Origin: an uncultured Chromatiaceae bacterium
GTDB taxonomy: Bacteria > Pseudomonadota > Gammaproteobacteria > Tenderiales > Tenderiaceae
Direction: 5' to 3'
Length of the DNA: 64,000 nucleotides
Assembly: GCA_945787785.1 (NCBI GenBank)
Contig: CALZIO010000007.1
Span: 14,946 to 78,945 of the forward strand
Shown here: positions 10,284-23,312 of the stretch, in pieces
How positions within the stretch are numbered: the first letter of the stretch is position 1
Layout of the letters: each line of letters starts with the position of its first letter
Position numbers and translations under genes: made by a program
The notes under the pieces: generated by a model
What the model saw: only the letters and a program-made list of their open reading frames with translations
The model's database searches: none
What the model was told of the DNA's origin: nothing

Positions 10284-11097
10284 CTAATCTCCCCCACAAC
10301 CTCCACCGCAGCCATCTGAACCACCGAAACCATCAAAAAATCCACCATCACCGCCGCTGTCACTGGACAAGGCACCGGAGTCGCCGGCGCAGCCTGATGA
10401 ACAACCGATGTGCGAGGCGCAGTAACCACTGCCGTAGTTAGGAGAGTTAGAATTGCGGCAATCAGGCGCGTATCTAAATCCATTTTCAATATTCAGCTGG
10501 GCATCGATAGCAAACAACAGCGGCAAAATTATGGGTGCACGCGGATCGGTCTCATCTTTGGCGCAGGCTAGGCGCCAGGCGCGTTTAATCTCTGAGGGTG
10601 TAATTCCCCGTGGCTTGCCACGTGAGAACAATATTGTTGCGATGGGAATCGAAAGATTCCCGGGCAACTCCTTAGCAATACCCCGTCAGCTTGCTGCGGG
10701 GTAGTTTATTGCCTTCCTGGGCAATGGTGGGGGAGTCCATCGCTTCGGCCGGGGTGTGGTGTAGGTAGCGCCCCAAGGCCTTGTTGCAATACTGCTGATA
10801 GGCGCGGGTAAAGAGGATGAATTCATGCCAGGCGTCGTCCACCACTTGCGAAGGCATGGAAACCATTTTCCTGTTCGCCTGGTTACAGATATGAAAATAA
10901 TCGCGCAATCCATCGAAGACCAGATCCAATTGGCTATCATTTAATTGCGGATGCCTGGCCGCCACTTTTTTACGAATCGCCGGATGAAACTGGTAGTTGT
11001 CGATAAATGCCTGTTGTCTATTTTAGCCACCGCGGCGCATGACTTTGGTAATGATGGCGATGCTTATAATGGTAATGATGATGTATAACCAGGTCAT
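10284..11097 (-). pseudogene. Glycine-rich-domain membrane protein with a Gly/Cys/Asp tail, disrupted
   Basis: ATG 11097 and TM helix; in-frame TAA at 11023-11025; PS..VD.AWH.FIL.T..Y..YC....G..LHH.P core; 121-bp insertion at 10590-10710 splits ...AQEG|IKRAWRLAC...; ends GCGGGCGGD. Confidence 0.8.
10590..10710 (+). mobile_element. Non-autonomous 121-bp element with IS200/IS605-like hairpin ends (PATE-like)
   Basis: Hairpins CGTGGC-TT-GCCACG near the left end and TACCCCG-TCAGC-TT-GCTG-CGGGGTA near the right end; follows TTTAAT; no exact target duplication; removal rejoins the host frame. Confidence 0.7.
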
Positions 11098-11219
11098 GGA
11101 ATCCTTAAGCTTGTTTTTTCCTCCTAATGTGTCGGCAGCAGCGCGTGCTTCTTTCGGCTGGTATCAAGGCCTTTGCCCCGCTAGAATTGCCATTCTTTAA
11201 CTTCGAATAAGATTAAACT

Positions 11220-12929
11220 ATGCGCACATCCCAGTTTTTGTTGTCCACCCTGAGAGAAACCCCATCTGACGCCGAAGTGGTCAGCCATCAACTGATGCTG
11301 CGCGCCGGCATGATCCGCAAATTGGCGGCGGGTCTGTACACCTGGTTGCCGATGGGGCTGCGGGTATTACGCAAGGTAGAGGCCGTGGTGCGTGAGGAGA
11401 TGAACCGCGCCGGCGCCCAGGAGGTGCTGATGCCGGCAATCCAGCCCGCCGAGCTGTGGCAGGAATCAGGCCGCTGGGATCAGATGGGCGAAGAGATGCT
11501 GCGCCTGCAGGACCGGCATGAGCGTGATTTCTGTTTCGGCCCCACCCATGAAGAGGTGATTACCGACCTGATTCGTAACGAGATTCGCAGCTACAAACAG
11601 CTGCCGGCCAATTTTTACCAGATTCAGACCAAGTTTCGCGATGAGCGTCGGCCCCGCTTTGGTGTGATGCGGGCGCGTGAGTTTTTGATGAAAGATGCCT
11701 ATTCATTTCATGTCGACGATGCCAGTCTGCAACAAACCTATGAAGTGATGTATGACACTTATTCGCGGATATTCAGCCGCCTGGGGCTCGAGTTCCGTTC
11801 CGTGCTGGCCGACACTGGTGCGATTGGTGGCAGTGCCTCGCATGAATTTCATGTGTTGGCTGATTCAGGCGAAGATGCCATCGCTTTCAGCAGCGAGAGT
11901 GAATATGCCGCCAATGTTGAGTTGGCTGAGGCGCTGACGCCCGCAGGGGAACGCCCAGCGCCAACGGCCGAGATGACTAGCGTGGATACGCCCAATCAGC
12001 ACAGTATCGAAGAGGTGAGTGCTTTTTTACAGATCGACGCCAGTCAAACGGCCAAGACTTTGTTGGTTCAAGGTGTCGAAGAGGGTGGCGTGGTCGCCTT
12101 GGTATTGCGCGGCGACCATGAACTGAACGAGCTCAAGGCTGTGAAATTGGAGCAGGTGGCGTCGCCGTTTGCGTTTGCTACTGCAGAACAGGTGAAGTCA
12201 GCAGCGGGTTGTGAGCCCGGCTCGGTAGGCCCGGTTGGGCTGACTATTGCGGTGATTGTAGATCGCAGTGCCGCCCATCTGGCTGATTTTGTCTGCGGCG
12301 CCAATCAGGACGGTAAGCACCTCACTGGCGTGAATTGGGGGCGAGACCTGCCTGAGGGTGTCCTCGTCGATATCCGCAATGTGGTGGAGGGTGATCCAAG
12401 CCCCGACGGCAAAGGTACGCTACAGATCAAGCGCGGCATTGAGGTGGGGCATATTTTCCAGCTGGGGCGGAAATACAGCGATGCCATGAAGGCACTGGTA
12501 CAGGACGAAGGTGGCAAGGCGGTGGTGATGACCATGGGCTGTTACGGAATCGGTGTCTCACGCGTGGTGGCCTCTGCCATCGAGCAGAATCACGATGATC
12601 GCGGCATTATCTGGCCTGAGGCTATTGCGCCCTTCCAGATCGCTCTGTTGCCCCTGAATGCGCATAAATCACAGCGGTTACGTGAGGCGGCCGAGAAATT
12701 GTATGAAGAGTTGCAGGCAGCGGGTTTCGAGGTGTTGCTGGATGATCGCAAGGAGCGCCCGGGAGTGATGTTTGCCGATATGGAGTTGATTGGCATACCG
12801 CATCGGGTGGTTTTTAGTGAAAAAGGGCTGGACAAGGGGGAGGTTGAATACAAGGGGCGCCGTGACAGCGAAAATCAGTATATTCCGTTGGAACAGATCG
12901 TCACTTTCCTCAAGCAACAGTTCGATTAG
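11220..12929 (+). CDS. proS: Proline--tRNA ligase
   Basis: [28 protein letters not shown] editing domain, GIEVGHIF and GCYGIG motifs. Confidence 0.98.
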   Translation: MRTSQFLLSTLRETPSDAEVVSHQLMLRAGMIRKLAAGLYTWLPMGLRVLRKVEAVVREEMNRAGAQEVLMPAIQPAELWQESGRWDQMGEEMLRLQDRHERDFCFGPTHEEVITDLIRNEIRSYKQLPANFYQIQTKFRDERRPRFGVMRAREFLMKDAYSFHVDDASLQQTYEVMYDTYSRIFSRLGLEFRSVLADTGAIGGSASHEFHVLADSGEDAIAFSSESEYAANVELAEALTPAGERPAPTAEMTSVDTPNQHSIEEVSAFLQIDASQTAKTLLVQGVEEGGVVALVLRGDHELNELKAVKLEQVASPFAFATAEQVKSAAGCEPGSVGPVGLTIAVIVDRSAAHLADFVCGANQDGKHLTGVNWGRDLPEGVLVDIRNVVEGDPSPDGKGTLQIKRGIEVGHIFQLGRKYSDAMKALVQDEGGKAVVMTMGCYGIGVSRVVASAIEQNHDDRGIIWPEAIAPFQIALLPLNAHKSQRLREAAEKLYEELQAAGFEVLLDDRKERPGVMFADMELIGIPHRVVFSEKGLDKGEVEYKGRRDSENQYIPLEQIVTFLKQQFD

Positions 12930-12967
12930 GCCGATTTATAATAGAGGGAGTTATTAAATATTAAGTC

Positions 12968-13534
12968 ATGCGCTGGATTTTCGTTTTATCTCTATTTTTG
13001 CTATTGATGCAGCCACTGCAGGCGGCGGTTCCAGAGCCGCCTGATGATAGGCTGCGTGAGTTATTGCGCGAAGCCGTAAACAGCAGTGACAGTTTTGCTG
13101 ATCGTTTTGAAGCTGAGGTCTGGCTATTGGATATGTCGCGGCGTTTGGAGAAAACGCTGCCGGATAATGGGCAACGGCTCAGTTTACTAAAAGAAATCCA
13201 TTACGAGGCAAGCCGGGCAGATCTGCCGCCTGAGTTGGTATTGGCAGTGATTCAGGTCGAAAGTTATTTTGACCGATGGGCTATCTCTGTCGCGGGTGCG
13301 CAGGGCTTAATGCAGATCATGCCATTTTGGTTGGATGAAATTGGCCTGCCTGAGGACAACCTGTTTCACGTCCAGACTAATCTGCGTATGGGTTGTACTA
13401 TTCTGAAATATTATCTCGATATGGAGCGCGGCGATCTTACCCGTGCACTTGGCCGTTATAACGGCAGTCTGGGCAAGTTTAAGTATCCTAATAAAGTGTA
13501 TGAAGCGTTAAGGACACGCTGGTACCGGCAGTAA
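12968..13534 (+). CDS. Lytic transglycosylase (SLT domain) protein
   Basis: Signal peptide; AVIQVES, GAQGLMQIMP and ALGRYNG motifs; usual neighbour of proS. Confidence 0.92.
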   Translation: MRWIFVLSLFLLLMQPLQAAVPEPPDDRLRELLREAVNSSDSFADRFEAEVWLLDMSRRLEKTLPDNGQRLSLLKEIHYEASRADLPPELVLAVIQVESYFDRWAISVAGAQGLMQIMPFWLDEIGLPEDNLFHVQTNLRMGCTILKYYLDMERGDLTRALGRYNGSLGKFKYPNKVYEALRTRWYRQ

Positions 13535-13702
13535 TCATTTCTATTGCTATCTGTTACAAGATAGAATTTATATAACAATTTCCCACCTTAAAAAAACTCA
13601 GCCATCGCTGATTTATTCATTTTCATTTCATCTTGCAGGGTTACTATTTTTTCCAGGCCAAGGAAGGCCGTTTATCTTTCACTAAATAGTAAGGAGACAG
13701 AA

Positions 13703-14095
13703 ATGAAATCTTTTATGCGTAAGTTAATAATGGTAGTAAGTTTAACTGCTTTAAGTTCAATGGCATTGGCTGATACGCCGCCATCGCTTGAAGTGCCTGA
13801 TACCCACTCGATAGAGTCAAAAGGTAAGGTCACGCTTTATCGTGTGCAGGTGCAGGGCCTTGAGTTTGGACGTTTGAATGAACGCGTCGATGCAGAGGTG
13901 TTAGTGACGCTTGATAGCAAACCGGATATGGTCTTCACTTTGCGGATGCATGAAGATTCACCGCCAGTCAACAAGATTATCGCTGATACTCTGCGTGAAG
14001 CCTATATTAATGATACGCCGATTACCCTTTATCACCAGATCGCACCGCTTAATCGCAAAAACGTGAAGATCCATATGGTGCAGTTTGACAGTTAA
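13703..14095 (+). CDS. Hypothetical secreted protein
   Basis: AAGGAG RBS; signal peptide ending ALA; hairpin downstream. Confidence 0.75.
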   Translation: MKSFMRKLIMVVSLTALSSMALADTPPSLEVPDTHSIESKGKVTLYRVQVQGLEFGRLNERVDAEVLVTLDSKPDMVFTLRMHEDSPPVNKIIADTLREAYINDTPITLYHQIAPLNRKNVKIHMVQFDS

Positions 14096-14102
14096 AAATG
14101 TA

Positions 14103-14137
14103 AAGGTGTCACGCCAGCAAGCTCGGCGTGACACCTT
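14103..14137. terminator. Stem-loop between convergent genes
   Basis: AAGGTGTCACGCC-N9-GGCGTGACACCTT, 13-bp stem. Confidence 0.65.
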
Positions 14138-14173
14138 ATATTTAAGTTATTTGGATTAGATTTTTTTATAAAA

Positions 14174-14509
14174 CTAGCTTTTTCCGTGATGGCCATAGCC
14201 ATCTTTCATGCGTTGCTGGGCATCTTCCCACATCTCTTCGTGCGTCTTCATCATCTCGTTTAGTTGTTTGATCATCTCATTCAGGCGTTCTTTTTCTTTG
14301 GCAGATGGCATGTGATTGAGATTGCTCAGAATGGTCATGGTCTCAGATAACATCTGCATCATATCCATATTCATCTGATGACGTTTCATATAATGCTCTT
14401 TGTAGTCTTTCTTTTTATCCTTCATATCGTTATGACTGCTGGCAAAGGCCGGCGTAATTATAAGCGCACCAACTAATGCAGAAGAGAGTAGAAGGCCGGT
14501 TTTTTTCAT
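14174..14509 (-). CDS. Periplasmic Met/His-rich helical protein, possibly metal-binding
   Basis: AAGGAG RBS; signal peptide ending AFA; very Met-rich mature part. Confidence 0.7.
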   Translation of the reverse strand: MKKTGLLLSSALVGALIITPAFASSHNDMKDKKKDYKEHYMKRHQMNMDMMQMLSETMTILSNLNHMPSAKEKERLNEMIKQLNEMMKTHEEMWEDAQQRMKDGYGHHGKS

Positions 14510-14539
14510 GGTAAAGCTCCTTATTGTTGTTTCCGTTTG

Positions 14540-14809
14540 TTAGGCAGTATCGAATGAGTTGAGTTCACGAAATTGAACTTCTTCAGTGATCACATCCGTA
14601 ACCTGAGCGTTGCCTGGGCCCTGCCACAACCAGGACTCTAAATCAGCAAGCTTGTCATCTGGACCGCAAGCAAGTACTTCGACACTACCATCAGGCCGGT
14701 TACGGGCGTAGCCACTTATTCCTAGTGCTTGTGCTTGTTGTTGCGTCGAGGCCCGGTACCAAACCCCTTGAACACGGCCTGAGATTATAAATTGTTTACA
14801 GATAGCCAT
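14540..14809 (-). CDS. acyP: Acylphosphatase
   Basis: GRVQGVWYR and GYARNRPDGSVEV motifs. Confidence 0.95.
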   Translation of the reverse strand: MAICKQFIISGRVQGVWYRASTQQQAQALGISGYARNRPDGSVEVLACGPDDKLADLESWLWQGPGNAQVTDVITEEVQFRELNSFDTA

Positions 14810-14951
14810 GCTATGCCCCCACTGTAAGATTTCTGATGATAAACCTTAGATGATTTCGCAACGGCTGCCAATCCATGGTGTTGTTTTGGTGAGTCACGCC
14901 GATGGTTTACACTGTAGGGATTTTATGAGTGTTAATTCGTGGAGGCATTTT

Positions 14952-16352
14952 GTGAGCGACAATAAACAGTTTCGGATTGAGAAGGATAGCCTGGGCGAGA
15001 TCCAGGTGCCAGCTGACGCCTGGTATGGTGCGCAGACTGCCAGGGCAATTATCAATTTTCCTATCAGTGGACGTCGTCCCGATCCCGATTTTGTTATGTC
15101 GCATGTGCGTATCAAACGCGCTGCTGCCGTGGCCAATAATCAGCCCGGCTGGTTGGACGATCAGCAGACAACAGCGATTATCGACGCCTGTGACAAGATT
15201 CTGGCTGGTGAGTTTCTGGACCAGTTTGTTGTTGACCGCTTTCAGGCCGGTGCTGGAACCAGTCACAATATGAATAGTAACGAGGTGGTTGCTAATCTGG
15301 CCAATGTATCGCTCGGTGGTGAAAAGGGTACCTATACACCGGTGAATCCCAATGATCACGTCAACATGGGCCAAAGCACTAATGACACGATTCCTACGGC
15401 AATTCGTTTGACGGCGCTGACCAAATTACCTCGTCTGATCGCGGCCATTAACACCATGGCCGATGAGTATGCCCGGATTGGTGATGCTGAAGAGGATACG
15501 GTCAAGAGTGGACGTACCCACTTGCAGGATGCGGTGCCCACCACCATAGGGCGTGAGTTTAATGGTTATGCCTGGACCCTGCGCCGTGCAGCCAAATCCT
15601 TAGAGGCATGTCGTGATCCATTGTGTCAGCTAGGCTTGGGCGGTAGTGCGGCCGGCACAGGATTAAACACGTCACCTGATTATGCGCAACGCGTTGCCGA
15701 TGAGTTAGCTCGATTGATGGGGGAAAATATTCGCCCCGCAGATGACCTGGCTGCGCAAATGCAATCCATGCATGATGTACAGCGACTCTCATCTGCCATT
15801 CGTGATGTGACTTTAGAGTTGACACGCATCAGTAATGATATGCGCCTACTAGCCTCCGGCCCTCGGACTGGTTTGGGCGAGATTCAGTTGCCACCAGTAC
15901 AACCTGGGTCAAGTATCATGCCGGGTAAGGTCAATCCAGTCATGTTTGAGATGCTGAATCAAACGTGTTATCAGGTGTTGGGTCAGGATGCCGCGATCGG
16001 TTTTATGACTCAGGCGGGCCAGTTGGAATTGAATGTCATGATGCCGGCAATGGGCTCCGCCCTGTTTGATGCTATGGAGTGGCTCACCAATGCCGTGAAT
16101 GCAGCGACTGAGCGTAATCTTAAAGGATTAAAGATTGATCGCGAACGTTGTAAAGAGTTCCTGCATGCCAGTGTGGGTCTGGCGACCTTGCTCAACACAG
16201 AGATCGGTTACACGGCGGCAGCCGAAGTGGCCAAAGAATCTGAGAAAAGTGGTCGTCCGGTGCGAGACATTGTCGAGGAGCGTGGTTTTATGAGTGGTGA
16301 TGCCTTTGATGCTTTGGTATTAAAGGCTGCGCGTGATGGTAAGATCGACTGA
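14952..16352 (+). CDS. Aspartate ammonia-lyase / class II fumarase family lyase
   Basis: R.EKDSLG, GAGTSHNMN, GQSTND, KSGRTHLQDA and GSSIMPGKVNP motifs; GTG 14952 follows GGAGG. Confidence 0.9.
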   Translation: MSDNKQFRIEKDSLGEIQVPADAWYGAQTARAIINFPISGRRPDPDFVMSHVRIKRAAAVANNQPGWLDDQQTTAIIDACDKILAGEFLDQFVVDRFQAGAGTSHNMNSNEVVANLANVSLGGEKGTYTPVNPNDHVNMGQSTNDTIPTAIRLTALTKLPRLIAAINTMADEYARIGDAEEDTVKSGRTHLQDAVPTTIGREFNGYAWTLRRAAKSLEACRDPLCQLGLGGSAAGTGLNTSPDYAQRVADELARLMGENIRPADDLAAQMQSMHDVQRLSSAIRDVTLELTRISNDMRLLASGPRTGLGEIQLPPVQPGSSIMPGKVNPVMFEMLNQTCYQVLGQDAAIGFMTQAGQLELNVMMPAMGSALFDAMEWLTNAVNAATERNLKGLKIDRERCKEFLHASVGLATLLNTEIGYTAAAEVAKESEKSGRPVRDIVEERGFMSGDAFDALVLKAARDGKID

Positions 16353-16397
16353 TTTAACTATTCAACTTGCTCGTAGCAAGGGCTAACAAAAAATTTG

Positions 16398-16420
16398 AAA
16401 CCACCTGACGGTGGTTTTTT
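16398..16420 (+). terminator. Rho-independent terminator
   Basis: AAACCACC-TGAC-GGTGGTTTTTT. Confidence 0.75.
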
Positions 16421-16432
16421 ATGGAATGCTAT

Positions 16433-16978
16433 CTAGTGTTTCTCCTTTCCATCTTCATGTTCTCCAGCATGAGATAAATACAATGCCAGCCCGATGAAGG
16501 CGATTCCAGCTGCTAAATATAACAGGTCAAGTGCGCTATGAAATTTCATTGCGATGGCGTATTCAAAAAATTTGACGATCAGTATCATTAAAATAACTTT
16601 TGCCAGCCTGCTTTTTAGGTCGTCGAGGCTTTCTATTAACAATACGTTTGATGATGTTTCAAATTCTTCCGCCATTTGGATCTTGCCGATAAAGAGTTCG
16701 TACAGACCTAAAGAAAAAATCAGCAAGATGGTAGCGAGCAGATAACCATCGACTATCTCAACAACATGAGTGACGGTGCTGGCGCGCAGCACGCTACGTG
16801 CTTCTTGACTAATATCTGTAGCGACATAATCACCCAGGTGGCTAATCATAAAATATGCATCTGCCGTGGCGACAAAAAACATGACCAGGCTGGAGAGTAA
16901 GCTGGTTATTACAGCGGCAATGACGATAAAGCGACTATTCCAGAGGAATGATTCAAAGGCGTGTGCAAGTGCTTTCAT
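16433..16978 (-). CDS. YqhA/UPF0114 family membrane protein
   Basis: SR.....AV, VD.YL.A..L.IF..GLYELFI and SLDDLK..LAKVI motifs. Confidence 0.88.
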   Translation of the reverse strand: MKALAHAFESFLWNSRFIVIAAVITSLLSSLVMFFVATADAYFMISHLGDYVATDISQEARSVLRASTVTHVVEIVDGYLLATILLIFSLGLYELFIGKIQMAEEFETSSNVLLIESLDDLKSRLAKVILMILIVKFFEYAIAMKFHSALDLLYLAAGIAFIGLALYLSHAGEHEDGKEKH

Positions 16979-17007
16979 CTCTTTAATTATCCCTGTTTTA
17001 CGCGAGA

Positions 17008-18318
17008 TTATAGCTCGATCGTTGGTTCGATGCGTCGTTTTTCTTCCGTTGTTCCAGGCTGAATTTCGCTTATGTTTTGTGGCGGGCTGGTTTTTTGTAA
17101 TGCATCTTGATAAATAGGTTGTAAGCGAATTGAATACGCCTCGTTGATATAGTTGTTAGAGTGGGACAAAGCCTTTGCTAAGGCATGTGCAAGGGGATCT
17201 TGATTGATTAAGTCAGGATCTAGTTCAGGTAGTGTGTTTGCCTGAGCACGATAGAGGTCAGCCAGGGTCAGCCTGGAGCTGTCTTTTGAGAGCGCCCATT
17301 GGCCATCAATTGTCTGGTGAATTAGTCCGCTTTCTTGTAAGCGTGATATCGCGGTGAGAATCTCAATTTTGCCCAATGAGTCGTCTTGAATCAGTTCCTC
17401 TTCGGATAACAATTTGTCCTTTAATTGTGCTTGCCACATCAAACCGATGAGTTTGAAGTCATTGAGTAAAATCTGCCCCGTGCTGAATTGGTTAGAAAGT
17501 TTGTCGCCTTGGCGATGGTGGAGGCAATAGCTGATTTGTGCGCCAAGTAAGACGACCATCCAGGACAAATAAAGCCAAACCAGAAATACCGGGATTGTTG
17601 CCAGGGCGCCATAAATTAATTGGTAGGTTGGGAAAGCAGTTATATAAAGGGCAAATCCCTTTTTCGCAAATTCAAATAGCACGGCCGCAATAACTGCGCC
17701 TACAAAGGCATGACGCACAGGCACATAAGTGTTAGGGACCACTGCGTAAAGCAGTGTACAAGCAAGCGTTGTTGAGAAAAAAGGTAACAAGCCAAGCAGA
17801 CTTGTTTTGATATCTACAATTAGGGCTGTTTCAGTAAAAAGCGGTAATGATGTTAGGTAAGAGCTAACCGCAAGACTGGCACCAACCAGGATCGGGCCGA
17901 GTGTTAACATTGCCCAGTAAACCATGAATTTTGAGAGGATTTTTCGGCCGTTGCTTAAATGCCAGATGTCATTTATAGCACCTTCAATCGTATTCATCAT
18001 CAACAGGGCGGATAAAATCAGAAATACCGTGCCGATAGCAGTTAGTCTTGTTGTTTTGGAGGAAAATTCTTCAAGGTATTGCTGGATTGCTTCGCCTGAT
18101 GTGGGGACAAAATTTTCAAAGACAAAGGTTTGTATTTGCACAGCAAATGTGTCAAACATCGGGAAAGCTGAAAATACAGAAAATATGACGGTTGAGAGTG
18201 GTACCAGTGATAATAGTGTCGTGTATGTCAGTGCGGCAGAGCTACGCAGGCAGCGATCAGCATAGAATGTATCAGCAACATATCGGATAAAAGAAAAGAG
18301 TTTCTTTAAACTATCCAT
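17008..18318 (-). CDS. YihY/BrkB family inner membrane protein with C-terminal extension
   Basis: SAALTYTTLLSLVP, YWAMLTLGP and YQLIYGALA.IP.FL.WLY.SW motifs. Confidence 0.92.
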   Translation of the reverse strand: MDSLKKLFSFIRYVADTFYADRCLRSSAALTYTTLLSLVPLSTVIFSVFSAFPMFDTFAVQIQTFVFENFVPTSGEAIQQYLEEFSSKTTRLTAIGTVFLILSALLMMNTIEGAINDIWHLSNGRKILSKFMVYWAMLTLGPILVGASLAVSSYLTSLPLFTETALIVDIKTSLLGLLPFFSTTLACTLLYAVVPNTYVPVRHAFVGAVIAAVLFEFAKKGFALYITAFPTYQLIYGALATIPVFLVWLYLSWMVVLLGAQISYCLHHRQGDKLSNQFSTGQILLNDFKLIGLMWQAQLKDKLLSEEELIQDDSLGKIEILTAISRLQESGLIHQTIDGQWALSKDSSRLTLADLYRAQANTLPELDPDLINQDPLAHALAKALSHSNNYINEAYSIRLQPIYQDALQKTSPPQNISEIQPGTTEEKRRIEPTIEL

Positions 18319-18356
18319 TATTGGCGCACGTGCAGGGCCAGATTGACATCGGGCAG

Positions 18357-19025
18357 CTAGCGTAGCCCGAATTGACGCAGATAGGAAGCGTCTTGTTCTT
18401 TACGTGTTGTTATGCCGCGAAATTTAGCATGTTGTCTGGCAGCATCTTTATCGCTATCTGAAGGGTTTGGTGTGATTGTTAGCACCATGTCTGGTTTGAT
18501 TAAATCTGCATCATGAATTAGTTCCGGATTAGCTTTTAAGATCAGTGGCCAGAGAAAAGGATCGCCATAAATTGATTCTTTGGCAGAGATTTGCCAGAGG
18601 GTATCTAATTTGTTCACTTTGTATACAGTCGGCTCGGGTTCCGCTGGTAGTGTAGGCACAAAAATAGGCGCATCAGGTTCTTCGACAACCACGATTTGTT
18701 CTGCTTCTGTCTCTTCGGTAACTTGTTTAGCTTGGGAGATAGCTACGGCCTGGTGTGCTGCTTCACGTGCTGCCAAGGCTTCTTTTTGTGCTTCTTCGTA
18801 ATCACCTGCCTGGAGATCGTCTTCAGCTTTCGAAAGTAGCATCTGTGCGCTATCAAGAGCAGCTGGTGCGTGTTTTTCAGCGCCAACACTTTCGGCGGCT
18901 TCTACGCTTTGGCGGGCATCACTCATTTCTTGTGTCGGAGGCGCGATGGCACAACCGCCAATCAGACCAGAGATGAAGAGAATGATCCCGTGTTTAATCA
19001 AGAAATGTGACACAGGGAGTTTCAC
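18357..19025 (-). CDS. Lipoprotein with DUF4398-like and LysM domains
   Basis: Lipobox LIGGC; PPTQEMSDARQ..A...GA; LysM YKV...DTLWQIS...YGDP.LWP.I..AN...I...DLI.P. Confidence 0.85.
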   Translation of the reverse strand: MKLPVSHFLIKHGIILFISGLIGGCAIAPPTQEMSDARQSVEAAESVGAEKHAPAALDSAQMLLSKAEDDLQAGDYEEAQKEALAAREAAHQAVAISQAKQVTEETEAEQIVVVEEPDAPIFVPTLPAEPEPTVYKVNKLDTLWQISAKESIYGDPFLWPLILKANPELIHDADLIKPDMVLTITPNPSDSDKDAARQHAKFRGITTRKEQDASYLRQFGLR

Positions 19026-19082
19026 AATAGTGGCTAGACCTTGTCTTTTTCACTCAATTGTAAGAATAGGCTTATACTTTAA

Positions 19083-21904
<2,822 letters not shown>

Positions 21905-21955
21905 GCCTAGCCTTTTATAATATTTGAGATGATACTGAAATCGAATTAACAATAA

Positions 21956-22007
21956 TGTTATACGAAATTAACGAAATGTTAAACATAATTGCTCAACATG
22001 TTATACA
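21956..22007. promoter_or_regulatory. Triple repeat TGTTATACG/TGTTAAACA/TGTTATACA, candidate regulator binding site
   Basis: Units start at 21956, 21977 and 21999 (21 and 22 bp apart), upstream of the surface-protein gene. Confidence 0.45.
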
Positions 22008-22589
22008 AATGCAGTTGCCCAAGTCAATATGACACTTACATATATATACATCGGCAGATTTGGTGAAAAATTCAGGGTAAAAACAAAATAGTGATGTTGA
22101 TTCAATGAGATACATAGAACTCACTGTTTGTGAATGCATGCTAAGTTAATTTAATTAATTTTTTGTGAATTCCGTCACAAATTTTGCGTGATATTGGGGT
22201 TGTGGTCAGTCTTTTAATGATTTTTCTGTCAATAATTTTCTGCGGCAATTTATATAAAACCTGCGTATCGTCCGGCTGCACCGAAGTTTTCAGGGTGGAA
22301 ATTAGACTATTGAGAGGTGTTCTTGACCACGATTTCTCGAGTGTTTACCAGAAACTGTGCGGCAGACCTACATTTTGGTGGCAGAGCATTCAGTAATCTC
22401 TTGCCCTAAACTTGACGCTGCTTTCTTAAAGCAATGTCTGGTCATGTTTTGGAATAGTAAGGTCACGTCACTACAGAAATTTGTTAAGTTGTCGAAAACT
22501 AAAACATTGATAATGTTATGTATCTTGTAACTTGATCCTAATTGAATCAATATTACAAAAATACTCACTTGGAAAAATGAGAGACCAAA

Positions 22590-23312
22590 TTGCTCAGTTA
22601 TCTCAAACCGTTATTTGACAGTTTTCGGGATTTGGCGCCAATCGTGGTCGTTATCGCTTTTTTTCAAATTTTTGTATTACAGCAACCCATTCCCAATTTA
22701 GTCGATATCCTGTTTGGCCTGCTCTTTGTTGTACTAGGTTTAACCCTGTTTATTAAGGGACTGGAAATGGGCTTGTTTCCGATTGGCGAAACTATGGCCT
22801 ACGCATTTGCACGCAAGGGTAGTGCTGTCTGGTTATTAGTATTTGCGTTTGCCTTGGGATTTGGCACCACAGTTGCTGAACCAGCCCTGATTGCAGTGGC
22901 AAGTGAAGCTGCCGCTGTGGCCGCAGGCGCGGGGGTGATTCAAGATGTGGTTGAGGCAAAGCAAAGCTATGCATTTGGCCTGCGTATGACGGTTGCGTTT
23001 TCTGTCGGTGTAGCGATTGTGGTGGGGGTGTTGCGAATAATTAAAGGCTGGCCGGTTCAATACCTGATCATCGGCGGTTATATCGGTGTCGTGATCATGA
23101 CCATGTTTGCGCCTAAAGAAATTATTGGTATAGCCTACGATTCCGGTGGTGTAACCACATCAACTATCACCGTGCCGTTAGTGACGGCTTTGGGTGTCGG
23201 TTTAGCCTCGAGTATTAAAGGCCGTAATCCCATGTTGGATGGATTCGGCCTGATCGCATTTGCATCGCTGACGCCCATGATTTTTGTCATGGCTTACGGG
23301 ATGACCTTCTGA
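22590..23312 (+). CDS. DUF1538 family membrane protein (copy 1)
   Basis: [27 protein letters not shown] and DGFGLIAFA motifs. Confidence 0.88.
   Translation: MLSYLKPLFDSFRDLAPIVVVIAFFQIFVLQQPIPNLVDILFGLLFVVLGLTLFIKGLEMGLFPIGETMAYAFARKGSAVWLLVFAFALGFGTTVAEPALIAVASEAAAVAAGAGVIQDVVEAKQSYAFGLRMTVAFSVGVAIVVGVLRIIKGWPVQYLIIGGYIGVVIMTMFAPKEIIGIAYDSGGVTTSTITVPLVTALGVGLASSIKGRNPMLDGFGLIAFASLTPMIFVMAYGMTF

Noticed and set aside
10284-10965. ORFs 10284-10667 and 10672-10965 as two separate genes
   Set aside because: They are halves of one gene; their junction residues are read from the 121-bp insertion
22184-22568. Two short ORFs in the AT-rich intergenic region
   Set aside because: Weak starts, no motifs, and they overlap each other in promoter-like DNA
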